Shown: piece by piece, positions 1-7,800 of the stretch
Layout: the number at the start of each line of letters is the position of its first letter
How positions within the stretch are numbered: position 1 is the stretch's first letter
Source of the DNA: Myxococcota bacterium
GTDB taxonomy: Bacteria > Myxococcota_A > UBA9042 > PHBI01 > JAWLBL01
DNA length: 64,000 bases
Reading direction: 5' to 3'
NCBI GenBank assembly: GCA_041687695.1
Contig: JAWLBL010000007.1
Span: forward strand, 1-64,000
The notes under the pieces: model-generated
Seen by the model: only the letters and a program-made list of their open reading frames with translations
Database searches by the model: none
Told to the model about the DNA's origin: nothing
Translations under genes and position numbers: made by a program

Positions 1-19
1 CATGCCGGATGACCTCCCC
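1..19 (-). CDS. Probable start codon and RBS of a gene running off the left edge (product unknown)
   Basis: Minus strand reads GGGGAGGTcatccggcATG, with the ATG at 3..1. Confidence 0.45.
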
Positions 20-136
20 GAAACGAGATCTCCGCAGCATGATCCTCGCGGATGGCTCCGTCAACATCGGATTGCTACTTCTGCCGGGGTCATCTAGGGA
101 CCCGCGCCGCGCCCAGCGCGCGGCCGGCCTGGACAC

Positions 137-183
137 GAAGGCCCCGGTCACCTCCGCTTCGGCGGGCGGCGGCCGGGGCCTTC
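137..183 (+). other. Long hairpin capped by a C(UUCG)G tetraloop; terminator-like or part of a structured RNA
   Basis: 11-bp outer stem GAAGGCCCCGG/CCGGGGCCTTC, inner CCGC-TTCG-GCGG, followed by CCTTT. A second UUCG hairpin lies at 227-242. Confidence 0.5.
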
Positions 184-262
184 CCTTTGCGACTCCGAGG
201 CGTGATCCAGCGTAGGCGGCCCACCCAGGGGCTTCGGCCCTTCAGGCTACGGCCCCATGGGA

Positions 263-477
263 GCCTCTCCTGTAGCCCCGATGCAGCCGCGATGGACCTA
301 CCGGAGCCTCACCCGTGACCTCGACGCAGCCGCGATGGCTCTACCGTCGCCTCGCCTGTAGCCTCGATGCAGGTGCGCTGGCTCGACCGTCGCCTCGCCT
401 GTAGCCTCGACGCAGGCGCGATGGCTCTACGGTCGCCTCGCCTGGAGCCCCGATGCAGACGCGCTGGCCTTACGAAG
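263..477. repeat. Degenerate tandem repeat, 5 x 43 bp, non-coding
   Basis: Units start at 263, 306, 349, 392 and 435. Consensus is about GCCTCGCCTGTAGCCTCGAYGCAGGCGCGATGGCTCTACCGTC. Confidence 0.9.
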
Positions 478-509
478 AAGTCCGAAGCGTCGAGGCACGA
501 CATGCCGCC

Positions 510-760
510 CGGCCACGGCCACGGCTCCGGCCACGGCCCCGGTTCCGCCCTCGGCTCCGGCCACGGCCACGGCCACGGCTCCGGCCACGGCCACGGCCAC
601 GGCTCCGGCCACGGCCACGGCCACGGCTCCGGCCACGGCCACGGCCACGGCCACGGCTCCGGCCACGGCCACGGCTCCGGCCACGGCCACGGCCACGGTT
701 CCGGCCACGGTTCCGGCCTCGGCTCCGGCCTCGGCCCCGGTTCCGGCCTCGGCCAGGGCC
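510..760. repeat. Hexamer microsatellite (GGCCAC/GGCTCC/GGCCTC)n
   Basis: About 40 consecutive GG-initiated hexamers in an intergenic position. Confidence 0.9.
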
Positions 761-780
761 CTCAGCCCCTTCGAAAGGGA

Positions 781-838
781 CGAGCCCCCGTCCGCGCGCC
801 CACTCCTGGGGTAGGAGGCACGCGCGGACGGGGGCTCG
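781..838 (-). terminator. Probable intrinsic terminator of the beta-propeller lipoprotein gene
   Basis: Perfect 18-bp inverted repeat (781-798 with 821-838), about 30 bp past the stop at 871, followed on the minus strand by TCCCTTTC. Confidence 0.6.
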
Positions 839-870
839 CGGAGGGCGGACCTCCTGGGGGGACGGTCAGG

Positions 871-3477
871 TCAGGGGACCTCGGGCGTCGGCTGGTCGTA
901 GATCCAGCGCGCGAGCCCGTAGGAGGGCATGCCGCTCGCGCCGGTGAAGCCGCCGCCGACCCACAGGTTGGGGCCGTCGACGAGGAACTGCTCGGGCAGA
1001 TCGCTCAGGCCCGCGTCCAGCGGCTGCCAGGCCTCGCCGTCCCACCAGGCGACGTAGCCGAAGGGCGTCTCGTCGACCCAGTCGAACACGCCGCCGACGA
1101 AGAAGCCGTTGCCCTGGGTCGCGACGGTCGACAGCAGGTGCGCGCTGCCCCACGAGTTGGGAAAGCCGCCGGCGAAGTCGTGCCACTGCTCGCCGTCCCA
1201 CATCGCGACGCCGTTGACGGTGACGTCGCCGGCCTTCACGAAGCTGCCGACCACGAGCAGGTTGCCCTGATAGAAGGCCAGGGCCGACGCGTAGCCGGCG
1301 GGGGCCGGGTCCTCGTCGTTGGGGTTGTCGTAGCCCAGCAGGCCGCCGCCGACCTCGACCCAGGCCTCGCCGTCCCACATCGCCAGGCCCTTGGCCGGCT
1401 CACCGGCCGCGGTCTCGCTGAAGATGCCGCCCGCGTACAGGGTGCCGTCCCAGCTGCGCGTGACCGCCGTGACCATGCCGTCGAGGCCGCCAGCGTAGAC
1501 GGTCCAGTCGGTCCCGTCCCACTTGCCCACGCCGCCCGCGACCAGCCCGCCGGCGCCGGAGAACCCGCCGCCCACGTACAGGTCACCGTTCGGCGCCACG
1601 AACATCGACTTGACCGGCCCGTTCACGCCGTCGCCGACCTTCTTCCACTCGGTGCCGTCCCACTGGCCCAGGAAGGCCGGCTCGACCGAGGTCCCGCTGC
1701 CGCTCACGTCGCCGCCGGCGTAGATGGTGCCGTCGAGGCCGACCGCCACCTCGTAGATGTAGCCGTTGAGGCCGTCACCCAGCGCCACCCAGGCGCCCTT
1801 GTCCAGCTGGGCCACGCTCACGGCCTTGGTGCTGCCCGCGTTTCCGAAGTAGCCGCCCACGACGATGTTGCCGGTGGTCGGATCCTTGGCCACGCTGTTC
1901 ACCACGCCGTCGATGCCCAGGTAGGCGCGCTCCTCGTTGACCAGGGCCTCGAAGACGCCCTCGTCGTTCAGCCGCGCGATGTTGAGCGCGTAGGTGTCAC
2001 CGGCCTCGGAGAACAGGCCGCCCACGATGAGGGTGCCGTCCGGGTTGACCAGCATCGCGTTGGGCCCCACGACCGAGCCCAGGACGACGCCCACGCTGTT
2101 GGTGAGGCCGCCGCCGACCTCCTCCCAGCCCTCGGATCCCAGGACCGCCAGGTTGGTGGCCGGCTCCATCTCGGGGCCGACGCCCTGGAAGGTGCCGCCG
2201 ACGTAGATCTCGTCGTTCGGCCCCATGGCGAGGACGCGCACCTCGTTGACGAAGCCACCGTCGACGCCGCCCTGCCACGGGGTCCAGGTCGCGCCGTCCC
2301 AGTGGGCCAGGCCGGACGCGTAGCCGCCGTTTTCGTCGAGCGTGAAGGTCAGCGTCCCGCCGGCCAGCAGATCGCCGTTGCCCAGGTCCAGCAGCGCGCT
2401 GACCGTGCCCGGCAGGGTGTCGCCCAGCGCCTGCCAGGCGGCGCCGTCCCAGCAGGCCGCGTACGGGGCCGCCAGCTCGCCGATGGCCATGAAGTCGCCG
2501 CCGACGCAGAAGCTGTCGTCGCCGGTGACCAGGATGGTGTTGACCGGGCCGTCCGGCGCCGCGTCGCCCAGGGCGCTCCAGGTGGCGCCGTCCCAGGTCA
2601 GCAGGTTCGCGCTCATCGTGTCTTCGATGCCGTCGAACTGACCGCCGGCGATGAGCGTGCCGTCCGGCAGGGTGGCGAGCGCGCGGACCGAGGTGAACTC
2701 GCCCTGGACCCAGCCGACGAACGACCAGGTCTCGCCGTCCCAGGCCATGACGTCGTTGCTGCCGCCGATGCCGATCCAGCCGCCACCCGCGGCGGAGCCC
2801 GCGGCGTACACGGTGTCGTTCGCGTCGACCGCGAGGGCCTCGACGACGATCGACAGCTCGTCGATGCCGACCGCGGCCCAGTCGGCGCCGTCCCAGACCG
2901 CGATGTTCTTGGCCAGCGCCGAGCCGGCCACGTTGAACTCGCCGCCGGCGTACACGTGCCCGTCCGAGGTACGGGTCAGGGCATAGACGCGCGCGCCGGA
3001 GTCACCGAGCATGCCCGGCGACGAGAAGTCGAGGCTCCAATGGCCGGGCAGCGGCTCGAGCATCGACTCGACCGGGGGCTCGGTGGGGCCGGTGTCGGTC
3101 TCGCCAGCGTCGTCGGCGTCGCCGGGGTCCACGTCCTCGGTGGCGTCCGGCTCCTGGACGTCGGGGTCGACGTCGAGGTCGCCTGTGTCTTCGATCGCGT
3201 CGGGCTCCGTGGCGTCGGGCTCCGTGGCGTCGGGCTCCGTGGCGTCGGGCTCCGTGGCGTCGGGCTCCGTGGCGTCGGGCTCCGTCGTGTCGGGCTCCGT
3301 CGTGTCGGGCTCCGTCGTGTCGGGCTCCGTCGTATCGGGCTCCGTCGTGTCGGCGTCGGGGGAGGCATCCTCGACGGGGGTCGTCGCCGGGTCGTCGCCA
3401 CAATGGGCGGTCACGAGGCCCACCGACGCCGTGAGCGCGATCGCGAGGCCACGGTGGAGGACAGAACGAAGCTTCAC
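871..3477 (-). CDS. Lipoprotein with acidic D(T/A)TEP linker and 14 WDGxxW-type beta-propeller blades (probable double 7-bladed propeller, Rax2-like)
   Basis: GTG start after AGAGGA; signal peptide ending LVTAH-C; 14 repeats of V-x-AL...LYvGGxF...IAxWDGxxW. Confidence 0.85.
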   Translation of the reverse strand: MKLRSVLHRGLAIALTASVGLVTAHCGDDPATTPVEDASPDADTTEPDTTEPDTTEPDTTEPDTTEPDATEPDATEPDATEPDATEPDATEPDAIEDTGDLDVDPDVQEPDATEDVDPGDADDAGETDTGPTEPPVESMLEPLPGHWSLDFSSPGMLGDSGARVYALTRTSDGHVYAGGEFNVAGSALAKNIAVWDGADWAAVGIDELSIVVEALAVDANDTVYAAGSAAGGGWIGIGGSNDVMAWDGETWSFVGWVQGEFTSVRALATLPDGTLIAGGQFDGIEDTMSANLLTWDGATWSALGDAAPDGPVNTILVTGDDSFCVGGDFMAIGELAAPYAACWDGAAWQALGDTLPGTVSALLDLGNGDLLAGGTLTFTLDENGGYASGLAHWDGATWTPWQGGVDGGFVNEVRVLAMGPNDEIYVGGTFQGVGPEMEPATNLAVLGSEGWEEVGGGLTNSVGVVLGSVVGPNAMLVNPDGTLIVGGLFSEAGDTYALNIARLNDEGVFEALVNEERAYLGIDGVVNSVAKDPTTGNIVVGGYFGNAGSTKAVSVAQLDKGAWVALGDGLNGYIYEVAVGLDGTIYAGGDVSGSGTSVEPAFLGQWDGTEWKKVGDGVNGPVKSMFVAPNGDLYVGGGFSGAGGLVAGGVGKWDGTDWTVYAGGLDGMVTAVTRSWDGTLYAGGIFSETAAGEPAKGLAMWDGEAWVEVGGGLLGYDNPNDEDPAPAGYASALAFYQGNLLVVGSFVKAGDVTVNGVAMWDGEQWHDFAGGFPNSWGSAHLLSTVATQGNGFFVGGVFDWVDETPFGYVAWWDGEAWQPLDAGLSDLPEQFLVDGPNLWVGGGFTGASGMPSYGLARWIYDQPTPEVP
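3201..3350 (-). repeat. In-frame 15-bp tandem repeat x10 encoding DTTEP/DATEP
   Basis: CGGGCTCCGT recurs every 15 bp from 3201 to 3336. Confidence 0.95.
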
Positions 3478-3580
3478 AGGTGAATCCTCTGTGGGGGGTG
3501 AGGTCGGGAGCTCGCCCGGTCGGCTGGGAGAGAGACGCGGCGGACGGCTCCCGTTGAGCACACACGCGACGCCGCAGCCA

Positions 3581-3597
3581 AGCAGGGCGCGTGCCAG
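3581..3597 (-). promoter_or_regulatory. Sigma54-type -24/-12 promoter upstream of the propeller lipoprotein
   Basis: Minus strand CTGGCACGCGCCCTGCT fits TGGCAC-N5-YTGCW (GG-N10-GC). An imperfect palindrome CGATGG...CCATCG at 3658-3682 could be an activator site. Confidence 0.6.
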
Positions 3598-3790
3598 AGT
3601 GTCTAAGTGGCGGAGATCACAAGCTACTGGGCCGAGCGTGGGGCGTGCTGGGTGTGGCGATGGTGCACATGTGTCGCCATCGTGTGGCGAAGAAGTGTGG
3701 AATTACGCAACACGGAGGCGCTGGGAGGCGGGATTCGGGCTGGTTCAGACGCGTCGAGGTAGGCTGGCCCGCGACGAGCGGAGGCGAGGG

Positions 3791-4945
3791 ATGGCGAAGA
3801 CCAAGGAAGAGCCCAAGCGGCGGGGGAGCCGGCTGGTCGAGCAGCTGCCTCGGCCGCGCAAGAAGAAGACGCGCTCGCGGCCCGGGGCGCCGCCGGGGAC
3901 CATTCGGCACGATCCGGCCTTGGGGCGGCCGAGGCTGGACGTCATCGGCTACGGCCCGGAGGGGTTCGAGGAGGCGGACGTCAGCGGCCCCGAGGAGTTG
4001 GCGGGCTGGATGGGGCGCCACGCCGTGCTGTGGATCAACGTCGTGGGGCTGGGCGACGCCGAGGTGGTGCGCGCGGTCGGCGAGCTGGCGGGCGTGCACA
4101 AGCTCGCGCTCGAGGACGCGGTGAACGTCCACCAGCGGCCCAAGTGCGAGGCCTACGGCGAGGACGTGTTCGTCGTCGCGCGGATGCCCCACGCGGGCGA
4201 GGCGCTCGAGACCGAGCAGCTGAGCGTGTTCGTCAAGCCGGGGCTGGTCGTGACGTTCCAGGAGCGCCCCGAGGACACGCTCGGGCACGTGCGCGACCGG
4301 CTGCGCCGCAGCTCGGGGCGACTGCGGCAGACCGGCTCGGACTACCTGGCCTACGCCATCCTGGACGCGCTCGTCGACGGCTACTTCCCCGTCCTCGACG
4401 ACTACGGCGAGCGCCTCGAGGGCATCGAGGACGAGATGATCTCGGCGCCCACCGAGGCCTCCGTGCAGCGCCTGCACCAGGCACGCCGCGATCTCTTGAC
4501 GCTCCGGCGCGCCATCTGGCCGCTGCGCGAGGCGGTCAGCGCCTTGCTGCGCGAGCCCATCGCGGTCATCGGCGAGGACACGCGCCTGTACCTGCGCGAC
4601 TGCTACGACCACACCATCCAGATCATGGATCTGGTCGAGACCTACCGCGAGCTCGCCTCCGGCCTGATGGACATCTACCTGTCGAGCGTGTCCAACCGCA
4701 TGAACGAGGTGATGAAGATCCTGACCGTCATCGCCACCATCTTCATCCCGCTGACCTTCATCGCCGGTGTCTACGGCATGAACTTCGACCCGGCGCTGTC
4801 GCCGTGGAGCATGCCCGAGCTGCGCTCTCCCTACGGCTACCCGATCGTGATGGGGGTGATGGCGCTGCTCGCCGTCGTCATGCTGCTCTTCTTCCGTCGC
4901 AGAGGCTGGCTGGGCGGGACCCAGCGGCCGTCGGACGACCGCTGA
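3791..4945 (+). CDS. corA: Magnesium/cobalt transporter CorA
   Basis: PGAPPGT N-terminus, HQRPK, SNRMNEVMKILT, YGMNF signature, MPEL loop and two C-terminal TM helices. Confidence 0.95.
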   Translation: MAKTKEEPKRRGSRLVEQLPRPRKKKTRSRPGAPPGTIRHDPALGRPRLDVIGYGPEGFEEADVSGPEELAGWMGRHAVLWINVVGLGDAEVVRAVGELAGVHKLALEDAVNVHQRPKCEAYGEDVFVVARMPHAGEALETEQLSVFVKPGLVVTFQERPEDTLGHVRDRLRRSSGRLRQTGSDYLAYAILDALVDGYFPVLDDYGERLEGIEDEMISAPTEASVQRLHQARRDLLTLRRAIWPLREAVSALLREPIAVIGEDTRLYLRDCYDHTIQIMDLVETYRELASGLMDIYLSSVSNRMNEVMKILTVIATIFIPLTFIAGVYGMNFDPALSPWSMPELRSPYGYPIVMGVMALLAVVMLLFFRRRGWLGGTQRPSDDR

Positions 4946-4964
4946 GCTCCCACCCAGGACGCCC

Positions 4965-6392
4965 TCAGGGCAGCTCGATCTGGAACACCCCCAGGAGATC
5001 CTCGGTGGTGCTCAGGTAGGTGCGAGGCTCTCCCGCCTTTTGCGCGAAGCTGGCGACCTGGAACTGATAGATGAGGCCCGGAGACAGCGCCGCGCTCTCG
5101 GGCAGGTCGTAGCTGACCGAGCTCGAGCCCGTCACGCGTGGCACCTCCAGGTCTTCGAACACCAACTCGCCCGTCGCGTCATGGACGCGCAGCTCGTAGC
5201 CGTCCTCGGACGAGTCGTCGGCCCAGCTCAACGTAGGCGTAGTCGTCGCGACGACCTCCAGCGCCTCCGCACCCGGAGAGACCACCGCCAAGGCCTCGGT
5301 GACCTTGAAGCCGGGTACCGTGACGTCCTGCCCGGGGCCCACGGTGACCTGCTGCGTGGCCGTCCCCCCGATGGTCTCGTCGGGGTCTCGGACCAGCCCG
5401 TCGTTCTCGAAGGCCGCGAGGACCACGTAGTCGCCGGGCGGGACGCCCTCGATGGCCCAGGCGCCCGAGACCCCGCCGACGCGCAGGCCAGCGGGCGCCT
5501 CGCCGCGGCGGGTGTCGTCGTCGTAGGTCGAGGCGACCGCCAGGATGACCGAGGTGACGCTACCCCCTGGCGCGTTGACGATGCTGAGGGTCCCTGAGAC
5601 CCGTCCGAGCCCCTCGGCGCTGGCCTCGAGGACCACGCCGTCGAGGCGCCCAGAGGTCGCCGTGACCACCTCGGGTGCGACTACGAGACCGGCCCGATAG
5701 GCCGTGAGCACGGTCTCGCCAGGGGGGACGTTGAACAGCAGGAAGGCGCCGTTCAGATCCGTGATGGCGGTCGAGACGGCCACGCCCGCCTGCTCGGCGA
5801 TGACCAGGACGCCAGCGGGGGCGGAGACGTCGACCGTGCCGGCCACGCTCCCGTAGCCGCTGACGTCCTCGGGGAGCGGGATCAGCCCGACCTCGGTGGC
5901 GACGCTGGCGACGACCCAGGTGGGGTCGCCCGCCGACACGGTCGCGCCCTCGAGCGGGACCGGGAGCGCCGTGCGTGGGGCGGTCGCGAAGGGCTCATAC
6001 CCCGCGGCAGCGACGCGCAGGGTGACGGACTCGGCGACCGGGACGCCCGAGGCGTTCCGGGTCGCCGCGATGGGCAGGGCGAAGGTGCCGTCGGCGGCGG
6101 TCATCACGACGGCCGTGCGGGCGCCGCCGTTGGCGTCCAGCGCGACGACCGTGGCCCCGGCGAGCCCGTCCTCGGTCGTCAGGTCGAAGACCCGTCCGCG
6201 GAGCTCGACCGGGGCGAAGCAGGTCGGCTCGCCGTCGGCCACGGCCTCGCAGACGCGACCGGAGCGGCAACCCGCATTGCTTCCGAGGGTGCAGGGGCCC
6301 TCCTCGGCCGGGTCGTCGCCGCAGCCGCCGAGCGTTGCTGCGGCGCAAGCCAGGGCCACCGCAAACATCGAGCGAAGGGGAGTCGAAGACAT
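4965..6392 (-). CDS. Lipoprotein with tandem carboxypeptidase-regulatory-like (beta-sandwich) domains and a C-terminal Fn3-like domain
   Basis: AGGAGG RBS before the ATG at 6392; lipobox TLGG-C; short Cys-rich module; repeated GRV..LAGATV..T..DG.F motifs. Confidence 0.75.
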   Translation of the reverse strand: MSSTPLRSMFAVALACAAATLGGCGDDPAEEGPCTLGSNAGCRSGRVCEAVADGEPTCFAPVELRGRVFDLTTEDGLAGATVVALDANGGARTAVVMTAADGTFALPIAATRNASGVPVAESVTLRVAAAGYEPFATAPRTALPVPLEGATVSAGDPTWVVASVATEVGLIPLPEDVSGYGSVAGTVDVSAPAGVLVIAEQAGVAVSTAITDLNGAFLLFNVPPGETVLTAYRAGLVVAPEVVTATSGRLDGVVLEASAEGLGRVSGTLSIVNAPGGSVTSVILAVASTYDDDTRRGEAPAGLRVGGVSGAWAIEGVPPGDYVVLAAFENDGLVRDPDETIGGTATQQVTVGPGQDVTVPGFKVTEALAVVSPGAEALEVVATTTPTLSWADDSSEDGYELRVHDATGELVFEDLEVPRVTGSSSVSYDLPESAALSPGLIYQFQVASFAQKAGEPRTYLSTTEDLLGVFQIELP

Positions 6393-6645
6393 TGGACCTC
6401 CTGGGGGATCGCGTCGACCGCCGAACGTCGGAGGCGGCCGGATGTGTATCCGCGAGTCTACGGGAGGCACCGGCCCGGCGTTCCCGTGCCTCGAAAGTCT
6501 TCGTATTCGTTCGGAGCACAGCCCAGCAGCCGTCCCGAGCCGAACCGGCGTCGGGTGAGGGCAGGGGGATCGCCTTCGGCGGGCGGCTGGGCTATCGTTC
6601 GGGCGGACCACGGTGGGGCCGGCGCAGCCCCGGAGGACTGGGGAG

Positions 6646-7152
6646 ATGGCGGTGATGGACCCTTCGGCGGACCTGGCGACCGATTTCAAGGACGCGCTGG
6701 CGTCCTGGGCCTCGGGGGTCACGGTGGTGACGACGCGGGCGGGCGGGCTGCTCTATGGGCTGACCGTCTCGAGCTTCACGTCCGTGTCACTCGACCCGCC
6801 GCTCATCCTGGTGTGCCTGGCCACGACCAACCGCATGGGCGAGATGATCGGCCAGTCGCGCCGGTTCGGCGTCAGCATCCTCGGGCGCGAGCAGGAGGCC
6901 GCCAGCAACTACTTCGCCAGCCCGGGACGAGAGCCGACGGAGGGCTTCGTCGAGATCGAGGGGCAGTGGACGGACTACGAGGTCCCCATCGTGCAGGGCG
7001 CCCTGGCGCACGTGGTCTGTGACCTGCACGACAGCACCGAGGTCGGCGACCACCTGGTCGTCGTGGGCCGCGTCATCCATGCCGAGGCCGAGCGCGACGG
7101 CGAGCCGCTGGTCTACTGGCGGCGGCGCTACCGCGGGCTGGACGCCGGCTGA
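6646..7152 (+). CDS. Flavin reductase family protein
   Basis: ASGVTVVTT, GLTVSSFTSVSLDPPLILVCL, GDH and PLVY motifs. Confidence 0.92.
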   Translation: MAVMDPSADLATDFKDALASWASGVTVVTTRAGGLLYGLTVSSFTSVSLDPPLILVCLATTNRMGEMIGQSRRFGVSILGREQEAASNYFASPGREPTEGFVEIEGQWTDYEVPIVQGALAHVVCDLHDSTEVGDHLVVVGRVIHAEAERDGEPLVYWRRRYRGLDAG

Positions 7153-7173
7153 GGGGCGGGGGCGCGCCGGGCG

Positions 7174-7548
7174 TCAGCGGATCGCGTCGACCTTGTCCTC
7201 CCAGTGCCTCCCGTCGAACGGGCGCACCGTGAAGGTGTCGAACGCGTCGCCGTCGAGGCAGCGCACGTTCACGTCGACGTGGTCCGGGTGGGAGCGCGGC
7301 GTGTAGAACGGATGCACGCCGCAGGTGCGGCAGAAGGTGTGGCGCGCCACGCCCGTGCCGAAGCGGTACTCGCTCAGGGCCTCGGCGCCGCGCAGCAGTT
7401 CGAACCGCGTCGGCGGCACGATCAGGTGTACGAAGCCCTTCTTGAGGCAGATCGAGCAGTTGCAGTCGAGCGCTTCGGGCCGCTCGACCGTGACCGCGAA
7501 GCGGACGGCGCCGCAGTGACAGCCGCCTTCGTATCGGGTGGTCTCCAT
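7174..7548 (-). CDS. GFA/CENP-V family Zn-binding protein
   Basis: GGCHCGAVRF, CNCSIC and FCRTCG motifs. Confidence 0.93.
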   Translation of the reverse strand: METTRYEGGCHCGAVRFAVTVERPEALDCNCSICLKKGFVHLIVPPTRFELLRGAEALSEYRFGTGVARHTFCRTCGVHPFYTPRSHPDHVDVNVRCLDGDAFDTFTVRPFDGRHWEDKVDAIR

Positions 7549-7800
7549 GAGGGCGACGATGAAGCACGCGCCTCGACTTGGCCAAGCCCCGCGACGACGC
7601 AGGACGGCAGGTCGCGCCCGGTGGGGCTGTCCGGGCGTCGCAAGCGCCTCGTATCGATACGGCGCGTGTAACGATGCGATACGATCTCCGGCTGGGTCGT
7701 CGCGGCCCGAGCCGCCGGAGCGGCCCGCAGGCGGGCGCGAGGGTCGGATCGCTCCTTGCTACACAACCCCTCGGAGTCCTACCGACCCGAGGAGGCGAGC

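Noticed and set aside
263..477. CRISPR array or repeat protein
   Set aside because: No spacers, and a 43-bp period cannot hold a reading frame.
367..3483. 1038-aa ORF with a His/Gly-rich (GHGHGS) metal-binding-looking N-terminus
   Set aside because: The His/Gly tract is the hexamer microsatellite read in frame; the rest is the antisense shadow of the lipoprotein gene.
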